A DNA stretch of 63,762 bases, the filler included. It is 13 parts of 13 records of this genome, joined end to end, with 100 filler letters (N's around TTAATTAATTAA, not from the genome) between each part and the next. Parts side by side here need not be neighbours in the genome. Positions count along the whole stretch, not along the records: positions 1 to 2,516 come from SRR9670534_1169; positions 2,617 to 8,657 come from SRR9670534_1172; positions 8,758 to 14,256 come from SRR9670534_1173; 10 more parts are not named here. One strand, 5' to 3'. A program made the translations under genes and the position numbers. Under the pieces are notes generated by a model. That model was not told the origin of the DNA. It was given only the letters and a program-made list of their open reading frames with translations, and did no database searches. Shown one piece after another: positions 1-13,302 of the stretch. Position 1 is the first letter of the stretch. Each line of letters opens with the position of its first letter.

Positions 1-48
1 TTGGTAGATTACACTAATAGGTACCAACACTATGTACTACAATACTAT

Positions 49-2402
49 TCATTGCGTAGGCGTTGAGACTGTGCTTCCACTTCCATTACTACTACTGCCA
101 TTTTTGGTGGTGGTTTGTTCGAAAGCTCGTTTAATGTACAAATCAAGTAATCGCCTTTTTCCTTTATTTAAACTGGATAAGTAAGGATCTAACACTTCCT
201 TTCCGACCTTTATATGTGTTGCTACCAAGGCAAAACATGCCGATTTTCGTACTGAACTATCATTATGATTGTAACACTAAAATGCGTAAGTTAAGATTTT
301 ACATCTTAAAAATCTCGCAATTAGACACTTTTGTACCTTTAAGAGACCATCTAGAACCTCTGGAAGCAGTTCAAGAACATGTTCTTTGTCCATATTTTCA
401 ATAAGACGTGTTAACATCCCCATAGCTGGGTGTATTGAGGTTGCTTCAGTAGTTTTTATATAAGGTTTCAATAATCTTACGACGTCTTTACTGGGAATGA
501 TCACTGCGAATGTGCTCGCAACTTCTTCTGCTTGTCTTGCGATCTTAAACAAACATGTCATAAGCACTTGAAATTTTATTAAACAAATTTTACAGGTTTG
601 GAATCTTTATGTGCTTCCAAAAGCCTTAAAACCGTTAATTCAAGAAATTCTTCAAATCTCTTGGGCTGTTTCTTAATAAGTTCCTTCATAACTCTCAAAG
701 CCATTACTTTAACGTCATCTTTGCAGTGCTCTTGCTTCAAGCTATCAGAAATTATGCCTAACATTTTCGGAAAAAACTCGCTCCATTCATTTGGGTTTAT
801 ATCACCATTTCTCACAAGCCTTTGCAAATTTTCAAATAAAGCAATCTTTTTGTCATCCTTTATGTCATCCAAAGATAAGTCATCAAGAAGCACAGGCAGT
901 TGAATTTTAATCTTCGAACCTAAAATGAACAATTATCAAAATTTCAAAATGTTTTAACAAAACATGAAATTACATAGGGGAAACCCGTTAAAAGCACATC
1001 AAATCAAAAGTTATCAAATTTGCCGTCTCGAAATCATTAATAACCATTTCATAATTTGGAAGTATTTAAATTTCTACAATTTATTTTTACGCAGTTTTTG
1101 AACCTTGATAAACGCTTGCAAAAACTTTATCTATGTTAATGTTAAACATGTTGACGTGGACAAACATTAATTAATAATTAGCAAAACTTCCAGAAAAACA
1201 TAAACTGGGAAAAGTAATAACAAAAAGCCAACACCAACGGAAATTACCTGACAACGTGTCTGGCAAACCTAGTATCTTACGAAACGCTTCTATGGAGAGA
1301 TAAAGAAACGTAAACGCTTGCAATCATTACAAAATATATTCGCAAACATTCATGGAAAATGTATAATTATAGTAAATCAATGATTCATTAACTAAAACAT
1401 ACCTTCATCCAAGAGTAAACTTGATTCCATCATTGGTGATGATTCGAAGGTTGAATGTTTTAATAAACCTGACTAAAATAAACAACTTACATAATAAATA
1501 CGTAATTAAAAAGCATAATTGTTATTCAAGAGAAAAAAGGGATGATAGAAATGAGAAGAGAAAGCAGAATTCCTGATATTTGTTCACTTTTCACATACCT
1601 TGACAAAATGAGTTATCAATGAGTTTTCAATCGTACACGTACTACGTACAGTGTACTTATGTCTATGCTGCACGCAGTATAAGTGACATCTTTTTTTAAA
1701 ATTAGAATCTTACCCTTTCGGCAGCTATTGTCGTTGTATCTGAAGGAGATTCATGAGAAGAATCTGCATAGACTACAGGATTATATGGCGATAATGCCGC
1801 ATCAACAGAAAAACGTCTCGGTTGTAGATTTGAAGGTGAATAATGCCCCACTTTTTGGTGGTCTCCAACAGCAAAAGACTTTTGAATTTCAGCAGTTGTT
1901 TCTCGAATAGATTTGTGCACATCAGCAGGATTTATATTTTCAAGTTCACTTGTGTTGCTATGGGAAGAATGTCTTGGTGATGACTTTGAATTAGGAGACG
2001 TTCTGGATAAATGCTGGTGTAATATTTGGTAGCCTATGTCTTGCGATACTCTTGGCAAACCACTTAGTAACATTGAAAATTCGGGAGAATTTAAGTTGAA
2101 CAGGCCAATAATAACAGTTGTGGACATCTAAAGTATGTAGTTTTAAATAAGTTTTGACTGGTAATTTTTAAAGTAAGATTGATAATATTCTATGTCAAAT
2201 GTTTCATAAAATACTTTTAATTTAAAAGTTGTAAACATTATTAACATTTTTGTTATACCGTTCTTAAATCAGGGTATTTATTATCTTGTGCCCAATGTAT
2301 AATTCTAGTTATCCCAGTTCTTGTATCTCCGTTATTCGTAAAATCAGTCGGATCCATGTCTTCAAGTAAACTTACCATATAATTTAAAAAGTTACTTCTT
2401 AT
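49..2402 (-). CDS. CLASP: CLIP-associating protein (CLASP), 3' part, multi-exon, 5'-truncated
   Basis: Exons read FTNNGDTRTGITRIIHW / IIGLFNLNSPEFSMLLSGLP / ELTVLRLLEAHKD / LLPEVLDGLLK / DSSVRKSACFALVA...LLDLYIKRA, matching the CLASP TOG3 end and C-terminal CLIP-binding domain. GT-AG introns; stop at 49-51. Confidence 0.92.
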
Positions 2403-2516
2403 CTAAAGAGTAGTGGGGTTTATTAAACAAATCATTTATTAGAGTACATAATTACATATGTAATAAATATTAATATATACTCACTATATTAAATATATAT
2501 ATGTACGCAACGAGTA

Positions 2517-2616
2517 NNNNNNNNNNNNNNNNNNNNNNNNNNNNNNNNNNNNNNNNNNNNTTAATTAATTAANNNNNNNNNNNNNNNNNNNNNNNNNNNN
2601 NNNNNNNNNNNNNNNN
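2517..2616. other. Artificial contig-joining spacer (first of 12)
   Basis: 44 N + TTAATTAATTAA (stops in all six frames) + 44 N. Identical spacers at 8658-8757, 14257-14356, 16637-16736, 19138-19237, 23301-23400, 25976-26075, 28225-28324, 30432-30531, 35408-35507, 46983-47082 and 51876-51975. Confidence 0.98.
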
Positions 2617-3377
2617 ATTATACCAAGGTTGGTATAATATCCTTGAATATTATATTACATATTATTAAGAAAAATGTTTTATCAAGTATATTTTTATATC
2701 TTATTAAAAACTAGGTATTATGTATGTATAACCATGCTGTATTATGAATACCCATAGATACTAATAAGTACATATCTAATAGATATTAATAACTATTATG
2801 TACCAAATGAAATGATTGTATCTATTATTTTAAATGTTATGCATTTAATAAGTAGATATAATGTATTATAAATTTTATTTTAGGTTGTTGTACATATAAT
2901 ATTACAGTACATATTACACTATAGTGATGAATAAGTACCTATACCTACCTAGTTTATTGCATTACTGTATGACAATTTGTCATTGACAAACAGTGTATGA
3001 CCGTATTATAAATTAATAAGTACCTAATTATCATGTACTAATAAATAAAGGTATTGTCAGGTACACGGTATACCTTATATTTGGTATTTGTTACCAGTCT
3101 GCAAATGCTAAGAAACGTTCCCTGTTTAGATTTTACTGCCAGAGATCTTCATTTAGGTAATTAGGTTCAGTGATTGTATATACCATGGTTCAATAATTCA
3201 TAGCAGTTGTCCATGGTACATGGGTCAAGTATGGTACCTGTGGTATTTTTATAGGATTATTTCAGAAATATGTGGCAAGTCAGCATTCACTATTCAATGA
3301 AATGTTTTCTCTACTAACGATCTTCAATCTGTGATCGACGTCTTCCCTTGTAGTCTACCTATTATACAAGTTGTAGC

Positions 3378-6300
3378 ATGGTTAATGTTCTCCATATACT
3401 TTTGTGGAAGCGAATTTGGCAATTGTTTTTGTTTCTAGTGTTTTCAGTTGCAGCTATCTTTTTATTGGATTTCGGTATGTTTGTAAAATCGTGGGCTACT
3501 GAATAATACATACATACTATTAAATTATTAATAATTTACATCAATAGGTTATTTGCTTTTCATTTCAGGAAATTTTACTAATAGTCATGATGAAAACGAC
3601 GTACAGCAACCATTCATCTATTTTTCGCATGATAACATCAGAGAGGATTATGGCATAATAAGTAGCGGCAACATTACAACAAAATGTGAAGTACACCATA
3701 ATTAATAATTACGTTAATGCTATTACAATATGTATTTATTATGAGTGTACATACGTTGCGATGCCTTTTCTGATACATAGGTAATAGGATATCCTGGCCA
3801 GAATTTCTGGCTTTTAGTATGCTATAATAGTCACTATAGTATAGTGTCATTATAAATGAATAATTAGTGATTCGTATGTACATACATGTAAAATTTTCAT
3901 TGTAAATCTTAGTATGTACTGTAATTATTATTAATGTATAGGTAGATTTGGTACTTATGTATTTTACATACGGTATGTAGCATACCTAATCTAACTATTG
4001 TACCTTTATGCTGCATAGCCTAATTATGTACATAGCTTATCTACCAATACAACATTGTATGAAGTACACATGTGACATATGCGATAGTTTTTGTTATTCA
4101 TAAACAGTAACAATGTTATTGCTATTACATATTATTATTATTACTATTATTAAAAAATGTATGTTATTAAAGTAACTAGTTATAAATATTCATATGAATA
4201 ATAATCATATGCGTAATTATTAGTTATTTATTAGTAATACAATAATTACAACTTATCACTGCACATTACGGTGTGTTATGTAATAAATTATTACTAATAA
4301 TACCTATATTGTATAATATACCTATGTAGAAATTCTACAGTAGAATATCATGCTTATTCCATTTTTGCAAAATACAGCAACTACTATAAATAATTGTAGA
4401 CTAGTACCTACTAACTAAATTACTAATACAGTAGTTCGCAATAATAATTTACGATTCCCAAAATGTACATTAATAACCACGTTAATAACGTAACGTTATA
4501 CATATTAAGGTAATAGAATAATTACATGTAGTATTCATAATGATAAGTTATCATTGATAACTGCAATTTAATTGCAGTACAATTTGTTTTTTCCCTCTAT
4601 TGATACTACAATACTATATGTCATAGTATTCAGTAGGTATAGTATATATGTTGCAATGTTGGTTTTGAATAATCGCCGTGCATGTCACGTAATTTATGTA
4701 ATTTAATTTATTTTGCTGCTAACATATTTTTATTTGTTATTAATATTTATTAATACAAACACTATGTATGTACTAAATATGCTGTTATGTCCATAGGTAC
4801 TACACATAGCATTTGTCTGTGCTGGTTTTGTTTCCATGAGGGATTTGACTCCCTTAATTAAAAGTTTAGTTTATCATTCGTCCAGATCTTTATCCTTACA
4901 CTTATTAATAACAGATGATTTTGGTCAATCAGTTTTGTCAACTTTATTAGAGTCCTGGAATATTCCAATGGTTCATTACACTTTATATAATGCTAACAAA
5001 TTTAGTAACCAAGTCTCCTGGATTTCCAACAATCACTACTCAGGGTTGTATGGATTGCTGAAACTTGTTATGCCTGACATACTTCCTCCAGAAATTGGTA
5101 ATTTCATTACTGCATCATTTTAACTTTATTAAAACGTACATGTAAAGTCTTTAGATAATGTGATAGTATTAGACACGGACATTACGCTTGTCTTTGACAT
5201 CAGCGAACTTTGGCAATATTTTGAAATATTGAAACGTTCTCGCAAACCTTTTGGTCTTATTGAAAACCACAGTAATTGGTATTTAAAGAAAGAAAATCAT
5301 CGTCCATGGCCTGCAAAAGGTTCTGAGTTATTACTGTACATTGTACATATGACGTAACTTTGTCGTACATCATCCTAAGTAAATGCAACATACTGCAATA
5401 ATAATACATTGTTTTCAGTTAATGGATTTAACACCGGTGTAATTTTAATGGATTTAAAGCGAATTCGAAAACTGCATTGGCATTTCTTATGGCATGGAAT
5501 TGCATCGAAATATTTGTCATCGCTTGGAGCCACTGCTTTAGCTGATCAGGATATCTTCAATGCTGTGTTTTACGAACACCCTTCACTTGTTTACCAGTTA
5601 CCATGTAAATACAACGTCCAACTACCGGAAGCATTCAACGCATCGTTTTGCGTTGAAAAAACTCGGGATTATAAAATTATTCACTGGAATAAAGCCTCAA
5701 AGTATAAATTAGATAAATCTCAAATAGAAGATGTGGAGTACTTAAGGAATCTCTTCATTTCCTTCATTGACTTTGATGGCTATTTATTACGATATAAAAA
5801 GCCATTATGTCCATCAAAAGAATTCTCACAATCCTCATTCATTAAAAAGAAGGCAAATTTTTTACTTGACTTAACAGATGATGACGAGTGCAAGGAGCTG
5901 TTTAGAAGTGGGTATCCTAAATCCTTCAGAATTCAGCCTTATTTTACTGAATATGAAGAAGATTTGTCCAATAATCAAGGCCATTATGAAATTACCATCG
6001 TGACTCATTTAAGGTGTGTTTAAATGTTTCACAAATTAAACGTGTTGCCATTTCTTGCGCTTATAATTAAGTATATATAAAGAAGTGACAACAGTTACTG
6101 AAAACCCTAACATTTGATTACATAATACCACTTTAGTTTGGAAAGGTTATTGGCATTTGAGCAGATGGTAACTAATTGGCCTGGTCCAATAAGTGTTGCA
6201 ATGTATTTATCAGATCATGAAATCAGGCAGTTTTTGTCTTTTCATGAAAATAGTCTGGTCTTGAAAGAACGAAAAAACATTGGATATCATGTTGTATACC

Positions 6301-7516
6301 GTGATGGGGTACGTATCATAAAGAATATTACTGCAATAGTATGGACGCTATAAAATTTATGGTTTTATGGACTTACTTAGATATTCATGTCCAATTTTAG
6401 GAGTTTTACCCCATAAATTTTTTACGCAACGTAGCTCTAGGTCAAGTTGGAACGCCATTTATATTTCTACTGGATGCAGACTTTGTTGTTTCACCTAACT
6501 TACACTCAAAACTATTGCATGAAGGCTTTTTAAGGGAAACATTTCCATATGACAATAATTCAAAGTTTATTGCTGTAGTTATGGCCTTTGAATCCTCCCA
6601 GTATAAGTTTACATTACCGTCTAACAAATCTGACCTAAGGAAACAGATGCAGGGGCGACAGACCATTTTTCCATTTCGGTATGAATTTTTTGTTAATAGT
6701 AATAGCATATGGTATATTGCATGGTCAAGGTTTAAATACCTATAGATAGGGCATGTCTTAAAAGCATGTTATGTACATTCAAAATCACTTTTTTAAATAA
6801 TTGTTTAATTTTAGATCATTTTAAAACTAAGTTTAAAATTAAATTAAATTGTAAAATTATCATACCAAAAATTTGAAATTTACCTTTAAAAAATTGAAAT
6901 TTGCCTTGAAAAAATTGAAATTTAGCTATTGTTAATAATATATATGTTTTATAAGTTTAAATTGTTAATAATGATAAAGTTTAATATAATATTAATAATA
7001 TTAACATTTAATAACTTGATTAAACCATAATTAGAAGCAAGGAATGGAGCAAAGGTCAAGCACCAAGTGATTATGAAAGATGGTTTGTTGAATCTTCGGC
7101 TTATGAAGTCCAATGGAGTCAAGATTACGAACCATACATAATCGCAAAGCGTGACATCCCTGTATTTGACGAAGATTTTATTGGGTTTGGTTGGAACAAG
7201 GTTTCCCATATCGTTGAACTCTATGCTGCTGGGTATGTAGTCAGTGACGACGTTCTTCATGTTCTTTATTATGACGGCAATCGTCTTTTCCCTCATGTGT
7301 GATTAGTAGTAATTACTTGGCTCATTTAGGTATAAATTCTTGGTACTTCCGGATGAATTTATTGTACACATGCCACATAGCCCCAGTCTTGATTTATCCA
7401 AATATCGATCTAATAATGTATATAGAAAATGCTTGGATCTAGTCAAAAGCCATTTTCAGAACAAAATGGTTAGGAAATTTGGCGCATCCGCACTTAGATA
7501 TTTGTCCTCGCAATAA
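3378..7516 (+). CDS. LARGE: LARGE xylosyl/glucuronyltransferase (GT8 + GT49), complete multi-exon gene
   Basis: Signal anchor from ATG 3378. Spliced KCE|VLHIAFVCAG, NHYSGLYGLLKL, VLDTD, FNTGVILMDL, LADQDIFNAV, WPGPISVA, YPINFLRN, LLDADF, GFGWNKVSHI, HMPHSPSLD. Stop 7514-7516. Confidence 0.95.
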
Positions 7517-7784
7517 ACACCGCAATCCTAATAAGCTGAACAATCACCAGCACAACATATATGTTTTCAATAGTTTTAATTGATTATGCAATATCATGTA
7601 ATATAAATTTGTTTCACTTTTTTTTGTTAACTTTTTTGTCTTTTTGACTTTTCACCAATATATTATTTATTATTGATAATATTCTAAGATTATATATTAT
7701 GCTGATATGGATGATGAATCTTCTATTATTTATGATATATCTATTTTCTCATTATTAAATATTATTAGATTGTATAACATTTGA

Positions 7785-8234
7785 GATCTGGCTGAGGGTG
7801 ACAATTTTAAGAGCAGCTGGAATGCTCAAAAGTCAAAGAGGACGAGTGCACCATCACCCGAAGAGAAGGAAGAGTATTTACTGATTAAGTCATTACCACA
7901 TTACTTACCCAAGGGTGAAAATCACATTTACATAAATAAGAAAACAAATTTTCCAGGCCAAATTGAAAGAGCTAGGAAATATTTGGATAAGCAGAATGAG
8001 ATCTTTCTCCATGGTTTGGGCAATGCTATTAACAGGACTATAAACATGGCTCTGCAATTAAAAGCAGAGGGCAAAGGAAGTATTGATGTCAGCGTAAATA
8101 CATCTACAGTTGAAGTCGTGGATGAATATGAACCAAAACAAACATCACCCAGAGATGGAAGAGTTGTAAGAAGAAACGTTTCCGCTGTACATATTAAGGT
8201 TTTTAGGCCTGATATACCCGTTGACGATTTCTAG
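7785..8234 (+). CDS. POP7: RNase P/MRP subunit Rpp20/POP7 (Alba fold); 5' end unresolved
   Basis: Frame is open from 7785: LPKGENHIYINKKTNFPGQIERARKYLD...EIFLHGLGNAINRTINMALQL...NTSTVEVVDE...RNVSAVHIKV. Confidence 0.88.
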   Translation, partial: DLAEGDNFKSSWNAQKSKRTSAPSPEEKEEYLLIKSLPHYLPKGENHIYINKKTNFPGQIERARKYLDKQNEIFLHGLGNAINRTINMALQLKAEGKGSIDVSVNTSTVEVVDEYEPKQTSPRDGRVVRRNVSAVHIKVFRPDIPVDDF

Positions 8235-8339
8235 TTCCGCTAATTTGTACGATCTGGGCTGGAAGATTGATGGAATTTCCACTAGTATTGAATTATGCAT
8301 ATCACACAGGTGACATCTTTCTGGGTTTGGGAAATCATT

Positions 8340-8410
8340 TGTTGTTTCAAACAAGCTGTTGTTTCAAACAAGCTGTTGTTTCAAAACATGATGTTGTTTC
8401 AAACAAGCTG
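8340..8410. repeat. Minisatellite, ~17-bp unit x4
   Basis: TGTTGTTTCAAACAAGC repeated four times; the third copy is degenerate. Confidence 0.9.
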
Positions 8411-8539
8411 ATACAATAAAAATACACTGTAGCATTGCCTTTATCGTATCAAGCATTAAAGCATTATGAACTATTTATTTATTTATTTTTGAATAGAAAA
8501 ATAAATTGGAATATTCATAGCATCTAATACAATTAATAA

Positions 8540-8657
8540 TTAGGGTTCAGTATAAACTGCTTCATCAAAGGATTTTTCATGATGTTCTTCTTTAAAACCC
8601 TTCACTTGATTGAGCCATACATTTTCATAATACGTTGAAAAATGTTTCAAACCACTT
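8540..8657 (-). CDS. Possible terminal exon of an unidentified gene
   Basis: Open frame SGLKHFSTYYENVWLNQVKGFKEEHHEKSFDEAVYTEP* running in from the contig edge; no family recognised. Confidence 0.3.
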
Positions 8658-8939
8658 NNNNNNNNNNNNNNNNNNNNNNNNNNNNNNNNNNNNNNNNNNN
8701 NTTAATTAATTAANNNNNNNNNNNNNNNNNNNNNNNNNNNNNNNNNNNNNNNNNNNNCTTCTATCAACAAGATGTCGCTTATAATTGCTTGCAAAATTAA
8801 AATGTTTGGTCACAGATCTTTCTATGGTGATTCTATAATTATGAGTAGGTATCTGTTTTGTACTGCACTCTACTATGACATTATTATATATCTACTATGA
8901 CATTGCTATATACCTAGTTGAATTAGACACGTTTTGTAG

Positions 8940-11340
8940 ATGAGACAGAAGCCAAAGAACTTTTAAGGTTTATAATTATTATAATAAGTGCGATAATAGT
9001 TGAATTTTATCGTGACAGTAGTTTAAACGTCCTTACCAAAATCACGTTTCGCTGATTGTAGGCAAATGAAAGAAGACCACGAAAAAAGTTTGTACTCTTT
9101 GTTTGAGGGATACAGCGAGTATTTTGCTAAACTTACCAATGTTCGTACTTTCGGAGAAGCAAATGAAGTTATGAAAAAAGAAGTTGAAGGACATGAAGCA
9201 TATCAAATGGAATTGGAGAAGGTATAATACCTACGTAATTTGTTATACCATCATATAATATCTACATTATTAATAATTGTTGTAGAAAATTTCTGAATTT
9301 TATGAATATTTAAATATGGAAAATCCCAAAGAACCTACTGAGGAATACCTTTCGCGACCAGATACCATAGCCTTTAACAAAATGGTAAACAAGGTGTCCA
9401 AAAAGATAGAAAAGCTGACAGCAGTGGCACTCGATTTGGATAAGAAGCTTGAAGAAGCTGCAATTAAAGCCGATGAAGAACAGAATGAGCGCCTAGCGGG
9501 TTTAGCTAAATATGAAAGCCTTCGTGAACAAATTGATAACTTATCGGGTGCAGCATTTGCGGTTCGCGAAGAAATTGATGACTTGACGGATGTAGCATTT
9601 GCAGTTCCTTCAAAGTTAACTACCAAACACATGTTGATGGATAAAAGGCACTCCAAGAAAGATGTCGAGAACTGTAGTCACACAAAAGTCGCTGTTAATA
9701 ATAATAAAGATGAAAGTTCTGAAGATAGTAAACCTGAAAACTCGGCAACCATGAAAGAACCAGAATTAGAGCGTCAAAGCTCTCCATTGGATTCTCGTGA
9801 CATGCCGGCGGCAAAAGAAATTACCGTAGCCTTTGACAAAATGGTGAACAAGATGTCCAAAAAGATAGAAAAGCTTACAGCAGTGCCATCTAATTTGGAT
9901 AAGAAGCTCGAAGAAGCTGCAGTTAAAGCGGATGAAGAACAAAAAGAAGGTACTAACAATAAGAATAGTGAAGAAGTTGAACCCACAAGAAAAAAGGAGG
10001 AGATGGAAGATACTAAAGATGATACTAGCGATGTAGATTTTAGACCTGAACCTTTTGCTGACCTGGATGCCGATGCTTTTCCTGGAATAGAAGAAGCTTA
10101 TGATTTTGAATCACAAGATATTCAAAACGAAACCCTGGATATTTCGATGGTGGATGATGAGGATAACGTAGGCCAAGAAGAATTTGATCATGTCCCGGTT
10201 GACGATCCTAAAAGTATAATAAAGGAGCCAGATTCTTTGGAAAAAGACATGGTCAAATGTAAGTACGGTAATTGAGTAGATTTCCGTAATTTACGTCAGG
10301 CTGGTGAAAAATCAATAATTATACGTTTGCGTAGACCTAAGTGACATCTGTACATATAATTAAAAGTTAGGTAGGCTCTTAATTATATGTATAGATGTCA
10401 CTTATTTTTAGGCGCGTAAGTAGTTCAACATTAATCACGGAACCTACAATACATTTAATGTATTACATTATCACGTTTAGCAAATAGACATGATGCTCAC
10501 GTTCGTTTTTCTCATGAAACCACAGAAGATGACCTTTGCACTCCTGAAAATATTTCGTACATGGCAGATTTTCATTGGACTAATGTGACGAGAACACCCA
10601 GGAGTAAGAAAAAACACGGTACTCCTGAAACTGCGGCACCGAATAGCAATAAGAAAGAACCGGATTTGTCTCAAGATGAAATCGGCATTCCTGGAGTTGG
10701 GGAAGAGGATCCTAAAGCTGCGAAGACTAGTATATCATTCACATGTTCCAAAAAACGTTATAAGTTTTTTTTCCTAGGTGAAATTCCTTTTAACAAGGAT
10801 GTACTTGGATTTGATTTGGAATTTAGCACCGAAAAGGAATCGGAAGCGCACGGTAGTCCAGGTAAATTGCTTTTACGAATATTGTCAACTGTTGATACAG
10901 AATTCATTAAAACATACATATATCTAGAAATGCCACTATTTGATATGAGTTTTTCTCAAAATATGAATGAAGGCAATACAGATGATCAATTTATGAACTT
11001 TGACATGTCAAACTTTAATGTGAATCTACCAGAGAGCAAGAATGGAAGTCCTACCGATGATAAGATTTTGAACTTTGATCTAGATAACTTCGATACGAGT
11101 CCTCCAAAGAGTCAGGAGAGTGCTGAGGATCCGCTTTTAAATTTTAACATGAATGAGTTTAGTGGTAACAATGAAAGCCAGTCTATGGGCCTGACTCAAA
11201 CAATGGATTTTAATATGTCTGGAACGCAAGATGCTGATGCTGATGATGGGAAATTCAGCTTTAACTTCGATGATGATAACGTTAATAATAGTAATGCTGA
11301 AGATGGGGGGAGTTTCAATTTTGATAATTTTGAATTGTAG
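8940..11340 (+). CDS. Orphan multi-exon acidic protein: coiled-coil region, internal 40-aa duplication, C-terminal acidic Phe/Met repeats
   Basis: ORFs 9316-10275 and 10561-11340 plus short upstream exons bounded by GT/AG. Exon boundaries partly inferred. Confidence 0.7.
10338..10404. mobile_element. Intronic foldback/MITE-like element with TA flanks
   Basis: Arms TAAGTGACATCTGTACATATAATTA / TAATTATATGTATAGATGTCACTTA (25 bp, 1 mismatch), extendable to ~29 bp. Confidence 0.65.
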
Positions 11341-12291
11341 TCTTGTAGATAATTTTGAATTGTTTCATCTTCGTTTATTTGCGTTTTACTTCTTTTTAAA
11401 ACAGGCTTTTTATTTTTTTTGCTTTGTTCTTATCCTTAAATTAAACTTGTTGCTTTGTTATGTTACATAACTAATGTATTATGCATACTATATAAGTATG
11501 TACAACAATTGTTTGATTTTATTGTTTATTAAAAATACTTATTGTATTATTAACAGTAGCAGTAACAGTAGCAGAAAACATTAGACTTCCCAGAGTAAGT
11601 TCCTCTTAATAAGAAAGACTAAAAATAACTTCATATCATTTTTAAGCACCAAATTTGTCAATAGATGTCTATGTCTATGGTTCAATTATTGGCATAAAAG
11701 GGTTTCACTGTAGACGTAAATGTAAGAAATGAAATATCTATTCATATATTTCATGAGAACTCTAAAGTTTTTGCAAGTACTACTGGTAGTACATGCTTTT
11801 TCACGACACGACAATTAAAAATTCCAAAATTGTTTTGTTCGCGAACCACTCTTATGTACAGTCGGTACTGTCAAAGCCTATGTTGGTGAGGTGTGGTCTC
11901 AGGCCCCAGAGTCTGGACTAATGCTCTTATAACATAGGATGATATATCAGTCTTATAAGTCTTAGTAATTATTAATTAATTAATATAGATTGTGTTTTGT
12001 TGTTTGTAAGCCTTTGTTTGAGTTGCTTTTTCGTTATTACATTGTAATTGTACACGTTGTACAAAAATACCTTATCGCCTTCATAATAATTAATTTCAAT
12101 ATCTTCTAGATATTATCTAATCAATTATCTTTGGAGAATTTCATTTTTTTACTATTATTAATACGAACACTCTTTATAAGATCTATGTTATTATTAATAT
12201 TAATAATAAAATTCATTGCTATTATTAATTGTACAAACATTCGACATTCGTCTCCCTTGGCAATTTCACCATGACGATGGGCAAAACTTAA

Positions 12292-13302
12292 TTACCTTCT
12301 TTCGATCCTGTTGGTAGCAATTTTCATAAAAGTCTGACGAGTAGATTTTTCTTCGACATCATTTCCTATCGAAGATTTAGGGTTGTTTGGTACAACTGAT
12401 ATCAGTTTGGGTTTCTTTTTTGTAAGAGTGGATTCATTCACGTTCTCAGAAGGCCTGTTTTCCACAGTACCAACATCGGAAAGAGGAGCAGTAACATCTG
12501 ATTTGTTAATAGTATCAGGATTGGCAATTTCTGTAGTGGGAGTGGTAACTTCTGATTGAGTTTCATTGATTTGTGTTGTGCTTTCTATCAGTGATATAGT
12601 ACCACTTGAACTTACTGGTTTAGTTGCATCATCGGTAATGATTGATATCAACCTCTTTTTCGTTGTAGTAAGGCTGGTCTCAAACTTTATGGAACTTGGA
12701 TCAGTAGAATTTACTTCCGTATCATCAGCTGTGGAATTTGATTTCCTGGTAGTGAATACGGTGGAATTAACGGATTGTCCTGACTTCTTTTTGGTTGGTG
12801 GTGTGGTTTTTCCCTTTATCATCTGATCATGCTTTGAAAGCGTAGTCAAGTTTCTTAACACTGGAACGGATTCAAAATTATCGGTAATATTAGCGCCATC
12901 TTTTGTTGTGTATTGTTCACTCTGGTTCACGGTTACACAAATCTTCTCGGTACTAGCAGTAGCATTGGCTATTTCACTCGCATTAAAACTAATAACATGG
13001 CTGCAACTTTTATTTGTGTATTCAGTCAATTCGTACAAGAAGGCCAATTGATCTGAACCATTCGCGTATGTTGCCACGAAACATTTAGCTATTAGTTTCA
13101 TGTCTGAAGGGCATTGAATTTCTGCTCCATCTTCGTAATATAGAATAAGAGTAGACATCATCATACCAAGTAACAGAGCAAAAACATAAGTTATGGCATT
13201 TCTTAATCGTGTCTTCCGTAACCTTGGGTATATAAAAGTTGCAATATCATGAAACGAAGAAAAAACGAAAAATAACCGCAACTTCGCTTTCTTATCAGTC
13301 AT
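12292..13302 (-). CDS. Type II-like membrane protein with Ser/Thr-rich mucin-like stalk and a small Cys-containing segment
   Basis: Long ORF; hydrophobic AITYVFALLLGMMMSTLILYY preceded by basic residues; T/S-rich C-terminal half with many N-x-S/T sequons. A possible GT donor at the 3' end means it may continue. Confidence 0.65.
   Translation of the reverse strand: MTDKKAKLRLFFVFSSFHDIATFIYPRLRKTRLRNAITYVFALLLGMMMSTLILYYEDGAEIQCPSDMKLIAKCFVATYANGSDQLAFLYELTEYTNKSCSHVISFNASEIANATASTEKICVTVNQSEQYTTKDGANITDNFESVPVLRNLTTLSKHDQMIKGKTTPPTKKKSGQSVNSTVFTTRKSNSTADDTEVNSTDPSSIKFETSLTTTKKRLISIITDDATKPVSSSGTISLIESTTQINETQSEVTTPTTEIANPDTINKSDVTAPLSDVGTVENRPSENVNESTLTKKKPKLISVVPNNPKSSIGNDVEEKSTRQTFMKIATNRIERR

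Noticed and set aside
2966-3001. 8-bp direct repeat around a small palindrome as another P-type footprint
   Set aside because: Lacks CA...TG ends, so not counted. Palindromes at 41378, 48236 and 49008 lack TSDs.
8340-8410. GTTTCAAAC-containing repeats resembling CRISPR repeats
   Set aside because: Head-to-tail with no spacers, eukaryotic context, no cas genes.
9300-9986. Antisense ORFs, and similar shadows over secY, priA, yqhD, QC and the kinases
   Set aside because: Shadows of real genes on the opposite strand or frame, with no motifs.
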